A DNA stretch of 64,000 bases, taken from NCBI GenBank assembly GCA_963674865.2, contig CAXXYE010000007.1:160001-224000 (forward strand). Reading direction: 5' to 3'. The notes beneath the pieces are model-generated. The model made no database searches. It was not told the origin of the DNA and saw only the letters and a program-made list of their open reading frames with translations. A program made the position numbers and the translations under genes. Each line of letters opens with the position of its first letter. Position 1 is the first letter of the stretch. Below, piece after piece: positions 38,116 to 48,017 of this stretch. Origin of the DNA: Candidatus Hydrogenedentota bacterium. Its GTDB lineage: Bacteria > Hydrogenedentota > Hydrogenedentia > Hydrogenedentales > SLHB01.

Positions 38116-38609
38116 GGCGCCGGCTCCCCGCCGCCCTCGGCGAAGTACATCGGCGCGGACTTCTTCAGTTCCCGCGAACTGAACAGCACTTCGTAGTCCC
38201 GGCAGCCCGTTGTGTCAGCCATTCGCTCCGCTATAGCCCGAACCTCATCCTCGCTCGGCCCGTGAATCATCGCGTAAAGGTTATACGGCCAACCGGGCGC
38301 GGCCCTGCGCGCGTAGCAATGGCTCACTTCGGACTGCGCCGCCAGGTGGGCGCCGACTTCCTCGACGCGTGCGTCATCCACATGCCACACAGCCATCCCG
38401 TTGGCCCGATAGCCAAGCGCCCGATGATTGACGCGCGCGCCGAACCGCCGAACCACCCCGCTGTCGAGCCACCCGCGCACGCGCTCGATGACTTGCTCTT
38501 CCGGCACGCCCGCCCGCTCGGCCACCTCAGCGAAGGGCCGCGGAACCTGCGGCAGCGGCTGGTTCAACGCGCGAATGAGCCCGATTTCCCAATCCTCAAA
38601 GGAATTCAT
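38112..38609 (-). CDS. ahbB: Siroheme decarboxylase beta subunit
   Basis: RPFA, HRALGY.AN.M.VW, VSHCY.R...WPYNLYAMIH, RELKK. Confidence 0.9.
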   Translation of the reverse strand: MNSFEDWEIGLIRALNQPLPQVPRPFAEVAERAGVPEEQVIERVRGWLDSGVVRRFGARVNHRALGYRANGMAVWHVDDARVEEVGAHLAAQSEVSHCYARRAAPGWPYNLYAMIHGPSEDEVRAIAERMADTTGCRDYEVLFSSRELKKSAPMYFAEGGGEPAP

Positions 38610-39073
38610 GACTCCCTCTCGGCCGTCGGGAAGTGGACGTTGATCTTGAACATGCGCTCTGCCGGAAGCGATACAACCTCCTCGACGCCCTCGACCTCGC
38701 CGACGGCGTCGAGAATCGCCCCGATGCGCTCCTCCGACGCCGCCACAAGCGTGAACCACATGTTGAACCGGTGCCCCCGCAAGTAATTGTGCGTGACCTC
38801 GGGGAATCCGTTGACGAAGCCCGCCACAGCCTCCACGACATCCGGCGCGACCTGCGCCGCGCACAGCGTGCTCGTGTAGCCCATCCGGCGAACGTTGAAT
38901 ACCGGCCCGATACGGCGCACCAGCCCTTCCTCGGTCAAGCGTCGTAGCCGCTTGAGGACCTCCTCCTCCGTAGCGCCGATTTCCTGCGCGATGTGCAAGA
39001 AAGGGCGCTCCACGACGGGAAACGCCCCCTGTACAAGTTCGAGGATCTGTTTATCCAACGCGTCGAGCGTCAT
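38606..39073 (-). CDS. ahbA: Siroheme decarboxylase alpha subunit
   Basis: FPV.ERPF, GYTSTLCAA, VTHNYLR.HRFNMWFT. Confidence 0.9.
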   Translation of the reverse strand: MTLDALDKQILELVQGAFPVVERPFLHIAQEIGATEEEVLKRLRRLTEEGLVRRIGPVFNVRRMGYTSTLCAAQVAPDVVEAVAGFVNGFPEVTHNYLRGHRFNMWFTLVAASEERIGAILDAVGEVEGVEEVVSLPAERMFKINVHFPTAERES

Positions 39074-39143
39074 AGCGAGACGCTCTTCTCGCGAAGGGAG
39101 TGACGCGCTCCTGCGGCTCCGCGGCCCAAACACTCGTGCTCCA

Positions 39144-40349
39144 TCATCCGTCCCCCTTCGCGTCATCTCCCAGCCCGATCTCCTCGTCCGTGAGATAACA
39201 CGCCGGATCCGGCGCCCACAAGTCGCCCGTCACCGCCTCCGCCCGCACGCGGAAATTCCCCCCGCACACGTCGAGCCATTTGCACTGCGCGCAGCGGCCT
39301 GTGACGTGTTTCTTCTTCTCCTTGATCTTCATCAGCAACTCGTTGTCGGTATCCGTCCAGATCTCGCCGAAATCCCGCTCCCGCACATTGCCTAGGTTGA
39401 GATGCCGCCAGAATTGATCGGGATGCACCGTGCCGTCCCACGAGACGCAGGCAATGCCCCGGCCCGAGGAGTTGCCCTCGTTGTACCTGAGTAGTTCCAG
39501 CACCTTCTTCGCGCGCTCGGGATTCTCGCGAAGCAGGCGCAGGTACACGTAGGGGCCGTCGGCGTGATTATCCACCGTGAGCACTTCCTTCGGCTCGCCG
39601 CGTTGGTGGAGTTCCGCCGTCAGGTCGATGATTTGATCCACCGCCTGCCGCGTGCGGACGTGATCGAGCGCCTCCGCCACCAGCGCGCTCCCCCGGCCCG
39701 AATACACCAGGTGATAGAAGCACACCCGGGGGATGCTCTCATCGCTCAGCAGCTTGAAGACCGCCGGGATCTCGCCGACATTGCGCCGGTTGATGGTGAA
39801 CCGCAGGCCCACTTTCAGGCCGGCCGCGCGGCAGGCGCGAATCCCATCGAGCGCCCGGCGGAAGGCCCCATCAACGCCTCGGAACCGATCGTTGACGGGC
39901 TCCATACCGTCAATGCTCACGCCCACGTAGGACAAGTCCAGTTCTTTCAAGCGCGCAGCCGCCTCAGGCGTGATGAGCGTGCCGTTCGTGCTCAACACCG
40001 CGCGTAGGCCGCGGGAGCGCGCGTAGTGCACGAGGTCGTAGATATCCGGACGCATGAGCGGCTCGCCGCCGCTGAACAAGACCACCGGCGCGCCGAATCG
40101 CGCCAGGGCGTCCATGAGCCTCTTGCCTTCCTCCGTGGACAACTCGCCCTCGTACCGGCGGTTTTCGGATTGCGAGTAGCAGTGCACGCACTTCAGATTG
40201 CAGCTACGCGTGCAATTCCAGACAACCACCGGCTTCTTGTCCTCGGAGAATTGCAGCAGGTGGCTGGGCATATTCCGCGCCTTGCGCCCGTAGCGTAGGG
40301 CGTCGGACGGCTCCACCGTTCCGCAGTAGAGTTTGCTGATGCCGATCAT
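39144..40349 (-). CDS. ahbC: 12,18-didecarboxysiroheme deacetylase (radical SAM)
   Basis: MIGISKLYCGTVEPSDALRYGR...KKPVVVWNCTRSCNLKCVHC; YHLVYSGRG. Confidence 0.93.
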   Translation of the reverse strand: MIGISKLYCGTVEPSDALRYGRKARNMPSHLLQFSEDKKPVVVWNCTRSCNLKCVHCYSQSENRRYEGELSTEEGKRLMDALARFGAPVVLFSGGEPLMRPDIYDLVHYARSRGLRAVLSTNGTLITPEAAARLKELDLSYVGVSIDGMEPVNDRFRGVDGAFRRALDGIRACRAAGLKVGLRFTINRRNVGEIPAVFKLLSDESIPRVCFYHLVYSGRGSALVAEALDHVRTRQAVDQIIDLTAELHQRGEPKEVLTVDNHADGPYVYLRLLRENPERAKKVLELLRYNEGNSSGRGIACVSWDGTVHPDQFWRHLNLGNVRERDFGEIWTDTDNELLMKIKEKKKHVTGRCAQCKWLDVCGGNFRVRAEAVTGDLWAPDPACYLTDEEIGLGDDAKGDG

Positions 40350-41926
40350 GCCCGGGGCCTCGCAAGATGCGCGAGAACGGCTTCAACGAGGCCACCTATG
40401 GTGGATTGCTCCGCCTCGACGGCCACGTCGATACCGGCGTCACTGAGCGTCTTCGATGTAATGGGGCCGATGCTCGCCGCCCGTACGCGGGGCAGAAGGC
40501 TCGCGCGCCGCTCCTCCGGGATATCCGCGATGAAATTCGTGACGGTGGACGAACTCGTGAATGTCACCAGATCGATGCTATCCCCGGCAAGCCGCTCGAG
40601 CACGGCTTCCGGCAGCGGCCCTTCCCGCATCGTCCGGTACGCTGCCACGTCCACGACCTCCGCGCCGCGTTCGCGCAGTCCATCCGCCAAGTCCGGCGGC
40701 GCGATATCCGAGTGGGGGAGGAGATAACGCTGCCCCGTGAACGTCTCCGTCTTGTCGAACGCTTCGAGCAGCGCCTCCGCCACGAACCGCTCGGGAACCA
40801 AGTCCGGCAGCAATCCGCGCTCTCGCAGGTGCTCCCCCGTGGTGGAGCCAATCGCCGCGACGCCACTATTCGCCAGCACGCGCACGTCCAGCCCTTCCAA
40901 ACAGAGCGCCTCGTAGAAAGCGTCCACCGCGTTGACGCTCGTGAATACCACCCAATCACAATCCGATGCCTCGCGCACGGCCGCGTGCATGGCGGGCGTG
41001 TGTCCCAGATTCTCGATACGAATCGTCGGCGCTTCCAGCACGTCCGCGCCCAGCGCGCGCAATTGCGCGACAAGCTCCGACGCCTGTGCGCGTGCCCGTG
41101 TGACGACGATGCTCCGCCCGAACAGCGGGCGTTCCTCGAACCAAGCCAGTGTCTCCCGCAACCGGGCCACTTCACCGACCACGAGCGTCGCGGGCGGCTC
41201 GATGCCTTGCTCCTCGGCGAGCCGCGGTAACGCCGCCAATGTGCCCGCCACTGTCCGCTGCGTGGGTAGTGTCCCATTCGAGACAAGCGCTGCGGACGTG
41301 TCCGGCGCGCGCCCACAGGCGATCAAGCGTTCGGCGATGAGCGGCAGATTGCGGACGCCCATCAGGAACACCAGTGTGCCCGAGGTCGCCGCGAGCTCCT
41401 TCCAATCCACGTCGCTCTCCGGCTTCGTCGGATCCTCGTGCCCGGTGACGATGCGCACCGACGCCGCCACGCCGCGATGCGTAACCGGGATTCCCGCGTA
41501 GGCCGGCGCCGCCACCGCCGACGTCACGCCGGGCACCACCTCGACGGGCACCCCGCGTTCCCTCAAGTACAGCGCTTCCTCGCCGCCCCGGCCGAATACG
41601 AAGGGATCGCCCCCTTTCAGCCGGCACACGGCTTTCCCCGCGAGCGCCTTCTCACAGAGCAGCGCGTTGATATCATCCTGTTTCATCGAGTGGCGCCCCG
41701 CGCGCTTGCCCGCGTGAATGCGCTCGGCCTTGTCCCGGGCGTGTTCGAGGAGCACCGGATTGCACAGGCTGTCGTACACGACCACATCGGCCTGGGCGAT
41801 GCACTCCCGGCCCCGCACCGTCAGCAGGCCCGGATCGCCCGGCCCAGCGCCCACCAGCCAGACCTTGCCGGCTCCTTCGCGCTGTTCCCGGGCGTTACCT
41901 ACGCCTTTTTGTCTCGATTCGTTCAC
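40346..41926 (-). CDS. cobA/hemD: Uroporphyrinogen-III C-methyltransferase / uroporphyrinogen-III synthase fusion
   Basis: LVGAGPGDPGLLT, RLKGGDPFVFGRGGEE; then VVTRAR, FTSVNAV, FTSSSTV. Confidence 0.94.
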   Translation of the reverse strand: MNESRQKGVGNAREQREGAGKVWLVGAGPGDPGLLTVRGRECIAQADVVVYDSLCNPVLLEHARDKAERIHAGKRAGRHSMKQDDINALLCEKALAGKAVCRLKGGDPFVFGRGGEEALYLRERGVPVEVVPGVTSAVAAPAYAGIPVTHRGVAASVRIVTGHEDPTKPESDVDWKELAATSGTLVFLMGVRNLPLIAERLIACGRAPDTSAALVSNGTLPTQRTVAGTLAALPRLAEEQGIEPPATLVVGEVARLRETLAWFEERPLFGRSIVVTRARAQASELVAQLRALGADVLEAPTIRIENLGHTPAMHAAVREASDCDWVVFTSVNAVDAFYEALCLEGLDVRVLANSGVAAIGSTTGEHLRERGLLPDLVPERFVAEALLEAFDKTETFTGQRYLLPHSDIAPPDLADGLRERGAEVVDVAAYRTMREGPLPEAVLERLAGDSIDLVTFTSSSTVTNFIADIPEERRASLLPRVRAASIGPITSKTLSDAGIDVAVEAEQSTIGGLVEAVLAHLARPRA

Positions 41927-42852
41927 TTTTCGGCAATTTCCGTCAATATTTCCGCGCCGCCTGCCGCCAATAGCCTCTCCGCCAGTGCCGTCCCAAGCGA
42001 TGCGGCGTCCTCAACCGGCCCGGACGCTCCATCTCGTATTACCCGCCCGCCGTCGAGCGCGGCCACCAGTCCATCCAGTACCAGTTGCCCGTTCTCGACG
42101 CGGCCATAAGCACCGACGGGTGCGTGGCAGCCACCCTCGAGCCGCGACATGAAGGCCCTTTCTGCCGTCACGCTCGCCCGGGTCGCGGGATCATCGATCC
42201 GCGCCGCGAGTTCCCGCGCCGCGTCGTCCTCGGCCCGGCTTGACACGGCGAGGGCGCCCTGCCCGGGGGCCGGAAGCCACGCCTCGATATCCAGAATCTC
42301 CGTAACGGCTTCGTCCAGGCCCAATCTTCGAACACCGGCCAAGGCCAGGATTATTCCGCTTAAGTGTTGTGCTGTCTGCAACTTACGTAGGCGCGTCTCG
42401 ACGTTTCCCCGCAGCTCCGATACTTTTAGGTCCGGCCGGGTGGCCAGCAATTGAGCCCGTCGCCGGAGGCTTCCGGTGCCCACGCGCGCCCCGGCCGTCA
42501 GCTCGGCCAGAAGGGCGCCATCCCGGCTGATAAACGCGTCCCGTGGATCCTCCCGGATCGGCGTCGCCGCCAGTGTAATGCCCTCCGGCATGGCCGTCGG
42601 CACATCCTTCAGACTGTGGACGGCCAAGTCCACCCGCCCGTCCAGTAGGGCAACATCGAGTTCGCGCGTGAACACCCCGGTGCCGCCGAGCCCGGCCAGA
42701 GGCCGATCCCGCACCTTGTCCCCGGTGGTAGTGATGACTTGAACGTCGAGCTTCAGGCCCGGCACATACTCCCGCAACGCCTCGGCGACCCACTGCGTCT
42801 GTGCGAGGGCTAACCGGCTACCTCGGGTGCCTATGCGGGTCAATGCAGTCAT
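41923..42852 (-). CDS. hemC: Hydroxymethylbilane synthase
   Basis: IGTRGSRLAL.Q, VHSLKDVP, LRGNVETRL, LEGGC. Confidence 0.96.
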   Translation of the reverse strand: MTALTRIGTRGSRLALAQTQWVAEALREYVPGLKLDVQVITTTGDKVRDRPLAGLGGTGVFTRELDVALLDGRVDLAVHSLKDVPTAMPEGITLAATPIREDPRDAFISRDGALLAELTAGARVGTGSLRRRAQLLATRPDLKVSELRGNVETRLRKLQTAQHLSGIILALAGVRRLGLDEAVTEILDIEAWLPAPGQGALAVSSRAEDDAARELAARIDDPATRASVTAERAFMSRLEGGCHAPVGAYGRVENGQLVLDGLVAALDGGRVIRDGASGPVEDAASLGTALAERLLAAGGAEILTEIAEK

Positions 42853-42869
42853 CTCCTCGGCGTGTTTAG

Positions 42870-42933
42870 AAAATCGGGGACTGTCTCAAGCGAGTCCGCC
42901 TCAGGCGGACGAGACGGGACTGTCCCTTGTTTT
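42870..42933. repeat. ~62-bp GGGACTGTCCC element, copy 3 (inside heme operon)
   Basis: aaaatcggggactgtctcaagcgagtccgcctcaggcggacgagacgggactgtcccttgtttt. Confidence 0.8.
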
Positions 42934-42946
42934 CGAACCACTCTGC

Positions 42947-43591
42947 TCAAAACTGTCCCGCCTGTTCTTCCAGGCAGGCCTCGAGGGCGGCCCTCGCCTC
43001 GGCAGGCCTGCCCTGGCGCAGCAGGTCCAGCGCCGGCGATGCCAGGAACGCCTCTTCAATTGCCTTTCGCCGCTTGGCGTCGGCCACATTCCCCCTCAGT
43101 TTCTGCCGGAATTCGGCCAAAAGGGCCACATATTCGGCATATTCCGCGCCGAACTGGCCTTCAAGTTCGATCCGCAGCTTCTTGGCCAGTGCCGGAAACG
43201 CGCCCGACGTGCTGACGGCGAGCTGAAGATCGCCCCGCGCGCAGACGGCCGGTGCGTAGAAATCGCAGTGCTCGGGATCATCCACGACGTTGACGAGGAT
43301 ATCCCGCGCCCGCGCAGCCTCCGCGGCGGCCGCGTTCACCACGGCGTCATTCGTCGCCGCGATGGCGATCAGCGCGCCTTCAAGGTCGCTGGCTTCAAAC
43401 GGCCTACGCACGACCTCGGCCTCGCCCGCCTTCGCCAGCGCCTCCAGTTCGGGCGTTATTTCAGGACTTACCACCCGCAGCCGCGCCCCGCAGCGAAGTA
43501 GTCCCGCCGCCTTGCGCGCCGCGATAGGCCCGCCCCCGACCACCACGCACAGCCGTCCGGCCAGCCGAAGTGTCACGGGATAGAAGGGCAT
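42947..43591 (-). CDS. Precorrin-2 dehydrogenase / sirohydrochlorin ferrochelatase (CysG N-terminal/Met8-like)
   Basis: VVVGGGPIAARK, AATND, VNVVDDP..CDFY.PA, AVSTSG.FPALA. Confidence 0.92.
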   Translation of the reverse strand: MPFYPVTLRLAGRLCVVVGGGPIAARKAAGLLRCGARLRVVSPEITPELEALAKAGEAEVVRRPFEASDLEGALIAIAATNDAVVNAAAAEAARARDILVNVVDDPEHCDFYAPAVCARGDLQLAVSTSGAFPALAKKLRIELEGQFGAEYAEYVALLAEFRQKLRGNVADAKRRKAIEEAFLASPALDLLRQGRPAEARAALEACLEEQAGQF

Positions 43592-43684
43592 GGCTTGAAT
43601 GTCGATCCTTTCGAGAGAATGCTGCGCCCACCGGCGCGAAGAGCGCCCGCTCCTTCACGAGCGCCATCTCAGCCGGAATGAGCA

Positions 43685-43713
43685 TAGTATAGAAGACACG
43701 CCGAACACGGACA
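43685..43713 (-). promoter_or_regulatory. Putative promoter of the heme operon
   Basis: Minus strand TTGTCC-N17-TATACT. Confidence 0.5.
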
Positions 43714-43729
43714 AGCAGGCCGGCGCCGC

Positions 43730-43942
43730 CTACGCTATGCCAACGGCCTTTGGCCGCCACTCTTCCAAGGCCCTACCGGCCGTTTCGTCGCTTATCTCGC
43801 CTTCGGCCCGTAGGCGCTCGATGTGCTCGGGGAGTGTCTGGCAGTTGGTGGGCCACGGCGTGCGCCGCGCCATGAAATCGCGCCCCTCCGCGATGGCCTG
43901 CCGCATCTCCTCATCGGGAACCAGCACGCCGTCCTTCTCCAC
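43730..43942 (-). CDS. Small hypothetical protein or C-terminal gene remnant
   Basis: Coding-like codon usage, but no SD and an in-frame TAG five codons upstream. Confidence 0.4.
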   Translation of the reverse strand: MEKDGVLVPDEEMRQAIAEGRDFMARRTPWPTNCQTLPEHIERLRAEGEISDETAGRALEEWRPKAVGIA

Positions 43943-44028
43943 TAGGCTCTGGTTCTAGGAGCCGGGAACGACCCCGAACGGTTCGCGCCGCTATGCCGCA
44001 AGAGCGCGGGGACTTGAACACACTCCCG

Positions 44029-45840
44029 TCATTCGCCGGGCGTTGAGGCGAAGCGAAGATTGCTCTCCGGATCGGCGACGAGCACACGAAGGAACCAGTC
44101 GCCGGGATTGTTGAACAGCTTCACGATGAGCGTGTTCCAACCGGCGTTGAGGTGCAGCGGCGCGTAGGTGAAGCCGCTGGGCGCGCCGAAGTCCTGTCCT
44201 TCGTCGAGCAAGTCGCCATTGAGGATGACCTGGTGGTAGTTGTCCGAGCAGATGGCGGCATGCACCAGTTGCTCCTGAGGCGAATGAACGCCGCACAGGG
44301 CGTAGCCCAGCGAGTGGTCGAGTGTGCCCATCAGGCCGTTGAAGTTGAGCAGCCCCCGCCCCTGGCTCTTCGCGGGAAACCACGTCAAGCCGCCGGCATA
44401 CTCGCGCGCCGCGTCGTAGCCGTCCTCCGGCCCAAACCGCTTGAAGAAGTTGGTATTCGCGGTGGCGGGATCATCAGGCAAGTAACTCTTATCGATTGCG
44501 CCGATGGGGAACGGCCCCACAAGCTGCCACTCCGGTACGGCCCGAAGGCACGCCGCCGGATAGAGAGGCACGAAGTTCTCGTACACCATCGGATTCCCTT
44601 CGTTGGGAATCCCCTCCCCGCCGTAATCAACACGCCACGACACCGGAGGCGGGAAGTCCAGGCATTCTTGCGGTACACGAAACGTCACCGCCCGCACGAC
44701 CTCCGCCGTCGGTTCAAGCTCTTCCGTCAACGTTAGCTTCCCGTCGACATACTCGATGTTGTCGGTTCCCTCAAGTACCGGCGCCCACCCGCAGGCGGCC
44801 AGGCGCCCCACGGTGACTTCCACCGAGATCGGCGCGTCTAGCACGTTATTGAACGTCATCTTCGCCCGGACGGTAACCATCGGAGCGGCGAAATCCTCCA
44901 CCGGCTCCGCATCGAGCTTCAGAACACCATGGCCGATGGCTTTGCGAAGCGACGCCGGCGCCACGTCAACCGGCCACACGCCGCCTTCCGGCTCGACCAC
45001 GGCGTAGGTGACGGCGCCGCCATCGACCGTTACATAACCATAGCTGTGGAACGTCCCGTAGGCTTTGGCATTACAAGGGGTGATGCCGCCCCCCGTCGCG
45101 CTCTGGATCATGATGAGATTGCCTTCCCGGCGTTCCGTCATCAGGTAGTGTTCATGTCCCGCCACCACGGTGTAGCGGCGTCCTGAAAGGGCTCGTTCGA
45201 GGCGGGCCCAAGTGTCCTCATAGCGCGGATCATCCCACATGGGCTTGTGGAAGAAGACGAAGGTGTGCCGGCTATCGGCGTGCTCGGCCAGATCCTTCTC
45301 GGCAAAGCTCATCATCGCCTGCCAAATCGGCCCACGGCCGTCGAAGCGCTCCTCCTCCGTGTTCAGCGCGAGGAAATGGCATCCCTTGTAGTCAAAGGCG
45401 TAGTACGTCGGCCCGAGGTCTTCCTTCCAGAGTTTGTAACACTCCACATTGGAGATGTCGTGATTCCCCGGTATCAAGAGGAGCGGCATATCAAGACGGC
45501 GGGCGTGTTCCAGGTACTCCACCCACTCAGCATCCCATTGGGACTCTTCCTGCATATGGCCCGGTATCTGATCCCCGACGGTGATGACGAAGTCCGGTTC
45601 GAGCAGGTTGATGCCGTCCACGGCCCGATCATAGATGGGCCACTTCCCTTCGCCGCCGCTTGTTTTGTCGCCCAAGATCGCGAAACTGAACTTCTGCCCG
45701 TCTTGCGACGGCGTGGCCTCTCCGACGACCGGCAATCCCGCAAACGGCCCATCCTCCGCACCGGCCTGCACGGCAGCAAAGAAGGCGGCCACAAGCGCCG
45801 CAAACACCAGCGTCCGGACAAATGGCAAGCGATTCATCAT
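44029..45840 (-). CDS. Secreted metallophosphoesterase with C-terminal extension
   Basis: Signal peptide; LGD, VGD, PGNHD, FFH, AGHEH. Confidence 0.85.
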   Translation of the reverse strand: MMNRLPFVRTLVFAALVAAFFAAVQAGAEDGPFAGLPVVGEATPSQDGQKFSFAILGDKTSGGEGKWPIYDRAVDGINLLEPDFVITVGDQIPGHMQEESQWDAEWVEYLEHARRLDMPLLLIPGNHDISNVECYKLWKEDLGPTYYAFDYKGCHFLALNTEEERFDGRGPIWQAMMSFAEKDLAEHADSRHTFVFFHKPMWDDPRYEDTWARLERALSGRRYTVVAGHEHYLMTERREGNLIMIQSATGGGITPCNAKAYGTFHSYGYVTVDGGAVTYAVVEPEGGVWPVDVAPASLRKAIGHGVLKLDAEPVEDFAAPMVTVRAKMTFNNVLDAPISVEVTVGRLAACGWAPVLEGTDNIEYVDGKLTLTEELEPTAEVVRAVTFRVPQECLDFPPPVSWRVDYGGEGIPNEGNPMVYENFVPLYPAACLRAVPEWQLVGPFPIGAIDKSYLPDDPATANTNFFKRFGPEDGYDAAREYAGGLTWFPAKSQGRGLLNFNGLMGTLDHSLGYALCGVHSPQEQLVHAAICSDNYHQVILNGDLLDEGQDFGAPSGFTYAPLHLNAGWNTLIVKLFNNPGDWFLRVLVADPESNLRFASTPGE

Positions 45841-46186
45841 TGGACTATCTCCTCATCGTGTTGCATGGCGTGGCGGATGCCTCGGCAATCCCGCGCCGCC
45901 ATTATGCCATCGCGCGACGAGAATATCCCGGCAACAGCGGAAGGGGGCGCGTTATGAAAAGGGGCTTTGCTGCCATTCATTGGTTATGCGCGCATTCTGT
46001 AGACAGATAGCTACAATCTCCGCTTTCCCTCGGAAACGCGGTGCTTGCGGGGGCGGCTAGGCCGGCTTGAGGACGAGCAGGCGCTCGTGTTCGCCCTCTT
46101 GGCCGGGAGGCGCAACCTGCGGAAACGGCATCTGGATTGAGCAACCTGATGCGGATGGCCGGGCGCCCCGAACGGGGCGCTCGTGT

Positions 46187-46246
46187 GTAGCCGTGGGCTT
46201 TGAGCAGCGCTCTGAATTTCTCCCTGAAATCCGTCTTGCGATGATG
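46187..46246 (-). pseudogene. Remnant of an IS200/IS605-type TnpA C-terminus
   Basis: HHRKTDFREKFRALLKAHGY resembles the EHHRKxTFxEE..LLKKHG tail; palindrome gcgccccgaacggggcgc at 46163-46180. Confidence 0.5.
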
Positions 46247-46520
46247 GTAGTTGCGGCCACCACGGCGGGAAATGCACACGCCACGTCGTCAGGAGTCGTA
46301 TCCCCCGAGGAGCCGCACATTTGCGCCAGACTTCCACCGGGGAGGGAGCCCCCTAAGGACGTCGTGTTGGATGGGGAAATCCCAAAAACTGACGCAGGCC
46401 CTCGGAAGGGGGCGTTGGAGACGGCGTCGCCCTCGTGCTGCCCTCATGTGTAGGTTGATTCCTCACGGACGGTTCGGTTATCAACACAGACGGCTTACAC
46501 AGTGCAGAGGGAGCAAAGGT

Positions 46521-47231
46521 ATGGCCGACCACCCCTCGTTTCTTGAACGCGTCATCGATGCCTACAGCAAAGGGGACAAAGGGACTTTGTACTCCGACGC
46601 TTGGTGGCCCCACACGCTCGAGACTACCGAGCTAATCTCATCGCTCCTCGACGCCCAGCCGCCTGCAACGATCCTTGACCTCGCATGCGGCAGCGGCGCG
46701 GCAACCACGGCCCTGGCACTGAAGGGATTCGAGGTTACAGGACTGGATTGCACCCCTGTCCAGATAGATGCCGCACGGCGGGAGTCCGCGGCAAAGGGAG
46801 CGCACGTGGAGTGGCTCTGTGAGGACATGCAAGAGATTCACTACGACAACGAGTTCGATTTTGTCCTGCTCCGCGACGTTATTTTCGGGATCTTCGAGAC
46901 CGACGAGGAACACCGCGACCTCATTCGCCGGATCGCTCGCGCGCTCAAACCCGGCGGCCGGTGTCTCTTCGAGGTATACAACAAGGAGTTTGCCTTGGCG
47001 CACGGCGTTCAGCGCACCTACTTCTATGACGCAGCAATCGACCGCTTCGCCGAAAAGGAGCGTAGGCCCGGGGCGATAACCGTCAAGCTTTACACCCACA
47101 ATGAATGGGAAGAGATGCTCAGCGCTTGTGGATTGACGATAAACAAGTGGGACGGCTGGAAGGGGAAGGGAGATCCGGCGCCGCCCCCATGGCGGGCGGA
47201 CTATATCGTCGCTGAAAAGACCCGCCCATAA
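46521..47231 (+). CDS. Class I SAM-dependent methyltransferase
   Basis: ILDLACGSG, VTGLD, EDM, ALKPGGR. Confidence 0.9.
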   Translation: MADHPSFLERVIDAYSKGDKGTLYSDAWWPHTLETTELISSLLDAQPPATILDLACGSGAATTALALKGFEVTGLDCTPVQIDAARRESAAKGAHVEWLCEDMQEIHYDNEFDFVLLRDVIFGIFETDEEHRDLIRRIARALKPGGRCLFEVYNKEFALAHGVQRTYFYDAAIDRFAEKERRPGAITVKLYTHNEWEEMLSACGLTINKWDGWKGKGDPAPPPWRADYIVAEKTRP

Positions 47232-47351
47232 CACCTCGTGCTGACATGCAGGCCGCATCGCACTCCGCCGCTCATCCGCCCAAATTGCCTGTGGCGCAGG
47301 CCATTCGATAGAATACGTGCCATCACCTATCCCTGAGGAGACGGCCACGGA

Positions 47352-48017
47352 ATGAACAGCCTCACGCGCATATGGCGCAACTGGAATCATGGGCGCAAGT
47401 TCGCGAAGATCGGACGGCGCTGCCGGCTTACCGCGAAAAACCTGATCGTTGATGGGCACGTCGAGCTGGGCGACCACGTGCGCATTCGCGAAGGCGTCGT
47501 CCTGCGCACGCGCGCCAAAGGCAAGATTGTATTCGGCGATCGATGTGGCTGCAGTTGGTACTGCGTCATCGAGGCGACCAACCTGATTCAGATAGGCGAT
47601 TTTACCGGCATCGCGGAGCACACCGTCATTCGCGATACCAACCATCTCGTCCACGGTACGACGGAGCACTGGCGGCTGACGCCCCATATTGCCGAGCCCA
47701 TCATCATCGGCAAAAGCGTCCTGATCGGTGCCCGCTGCTACATCGGCCCAGGCGTGACGATTGGCGACGGAGCGATCGTCGCCCCGGGGAGTCTCGTGAC
47801 GAAGGATATCGGCCCGTACGAGATCTGGGCCGGCAATCCCGCCAGATTGGTGACGCATCGCACCAAGAACGTCTCGACTACACTGCTCAAGCGGTACCGA
47901 GGTCTTGTCGAGCAGTACGGCGTCAAAGAGGACCGCTACGGCTACAAGCCCGGGACGGAATTGGCCGACGCGCCGGGCGATGATGCGGCCGATGGGCCGG
48001 AGACTCCGGCCACCTGA
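47352..48017 (+). CDS. Hexapeptide-repeat acyltransferase
   Basis: IRDTNH, IG..VLIG, PGVTIGDGAIVA.GS.VTKD, AGNPAR. Confidence 0.88.
   Translation: MNSLTRIWRNWNHGRKFAKIGRRCRLTAKNLIVDGHVELGDHVRIREGVVLRTRAKGKIVFGDRCGCSWYCVIEATNLIQIGDFTGIAEHTVIRDTNHLVHGTTEHWRLTPHIAEPIIIGKSVLIGARCYIGPGVTIGDGAIVAPGSLVTKDIGPYEIWAGNPARLVTHRTKNVSTTLLKRYRGLVEQYGVKEDRYGYKPGTELADAPGDDAADGPETPAT

Noticed and set aside
43955..43957. Amber read-through (pyrrolysine) extending the 70-aa ORF
   Set aside because: A second in-frame TAG lies 12 codons further upstream and there is no pyl context; a gene remnant is simpler.
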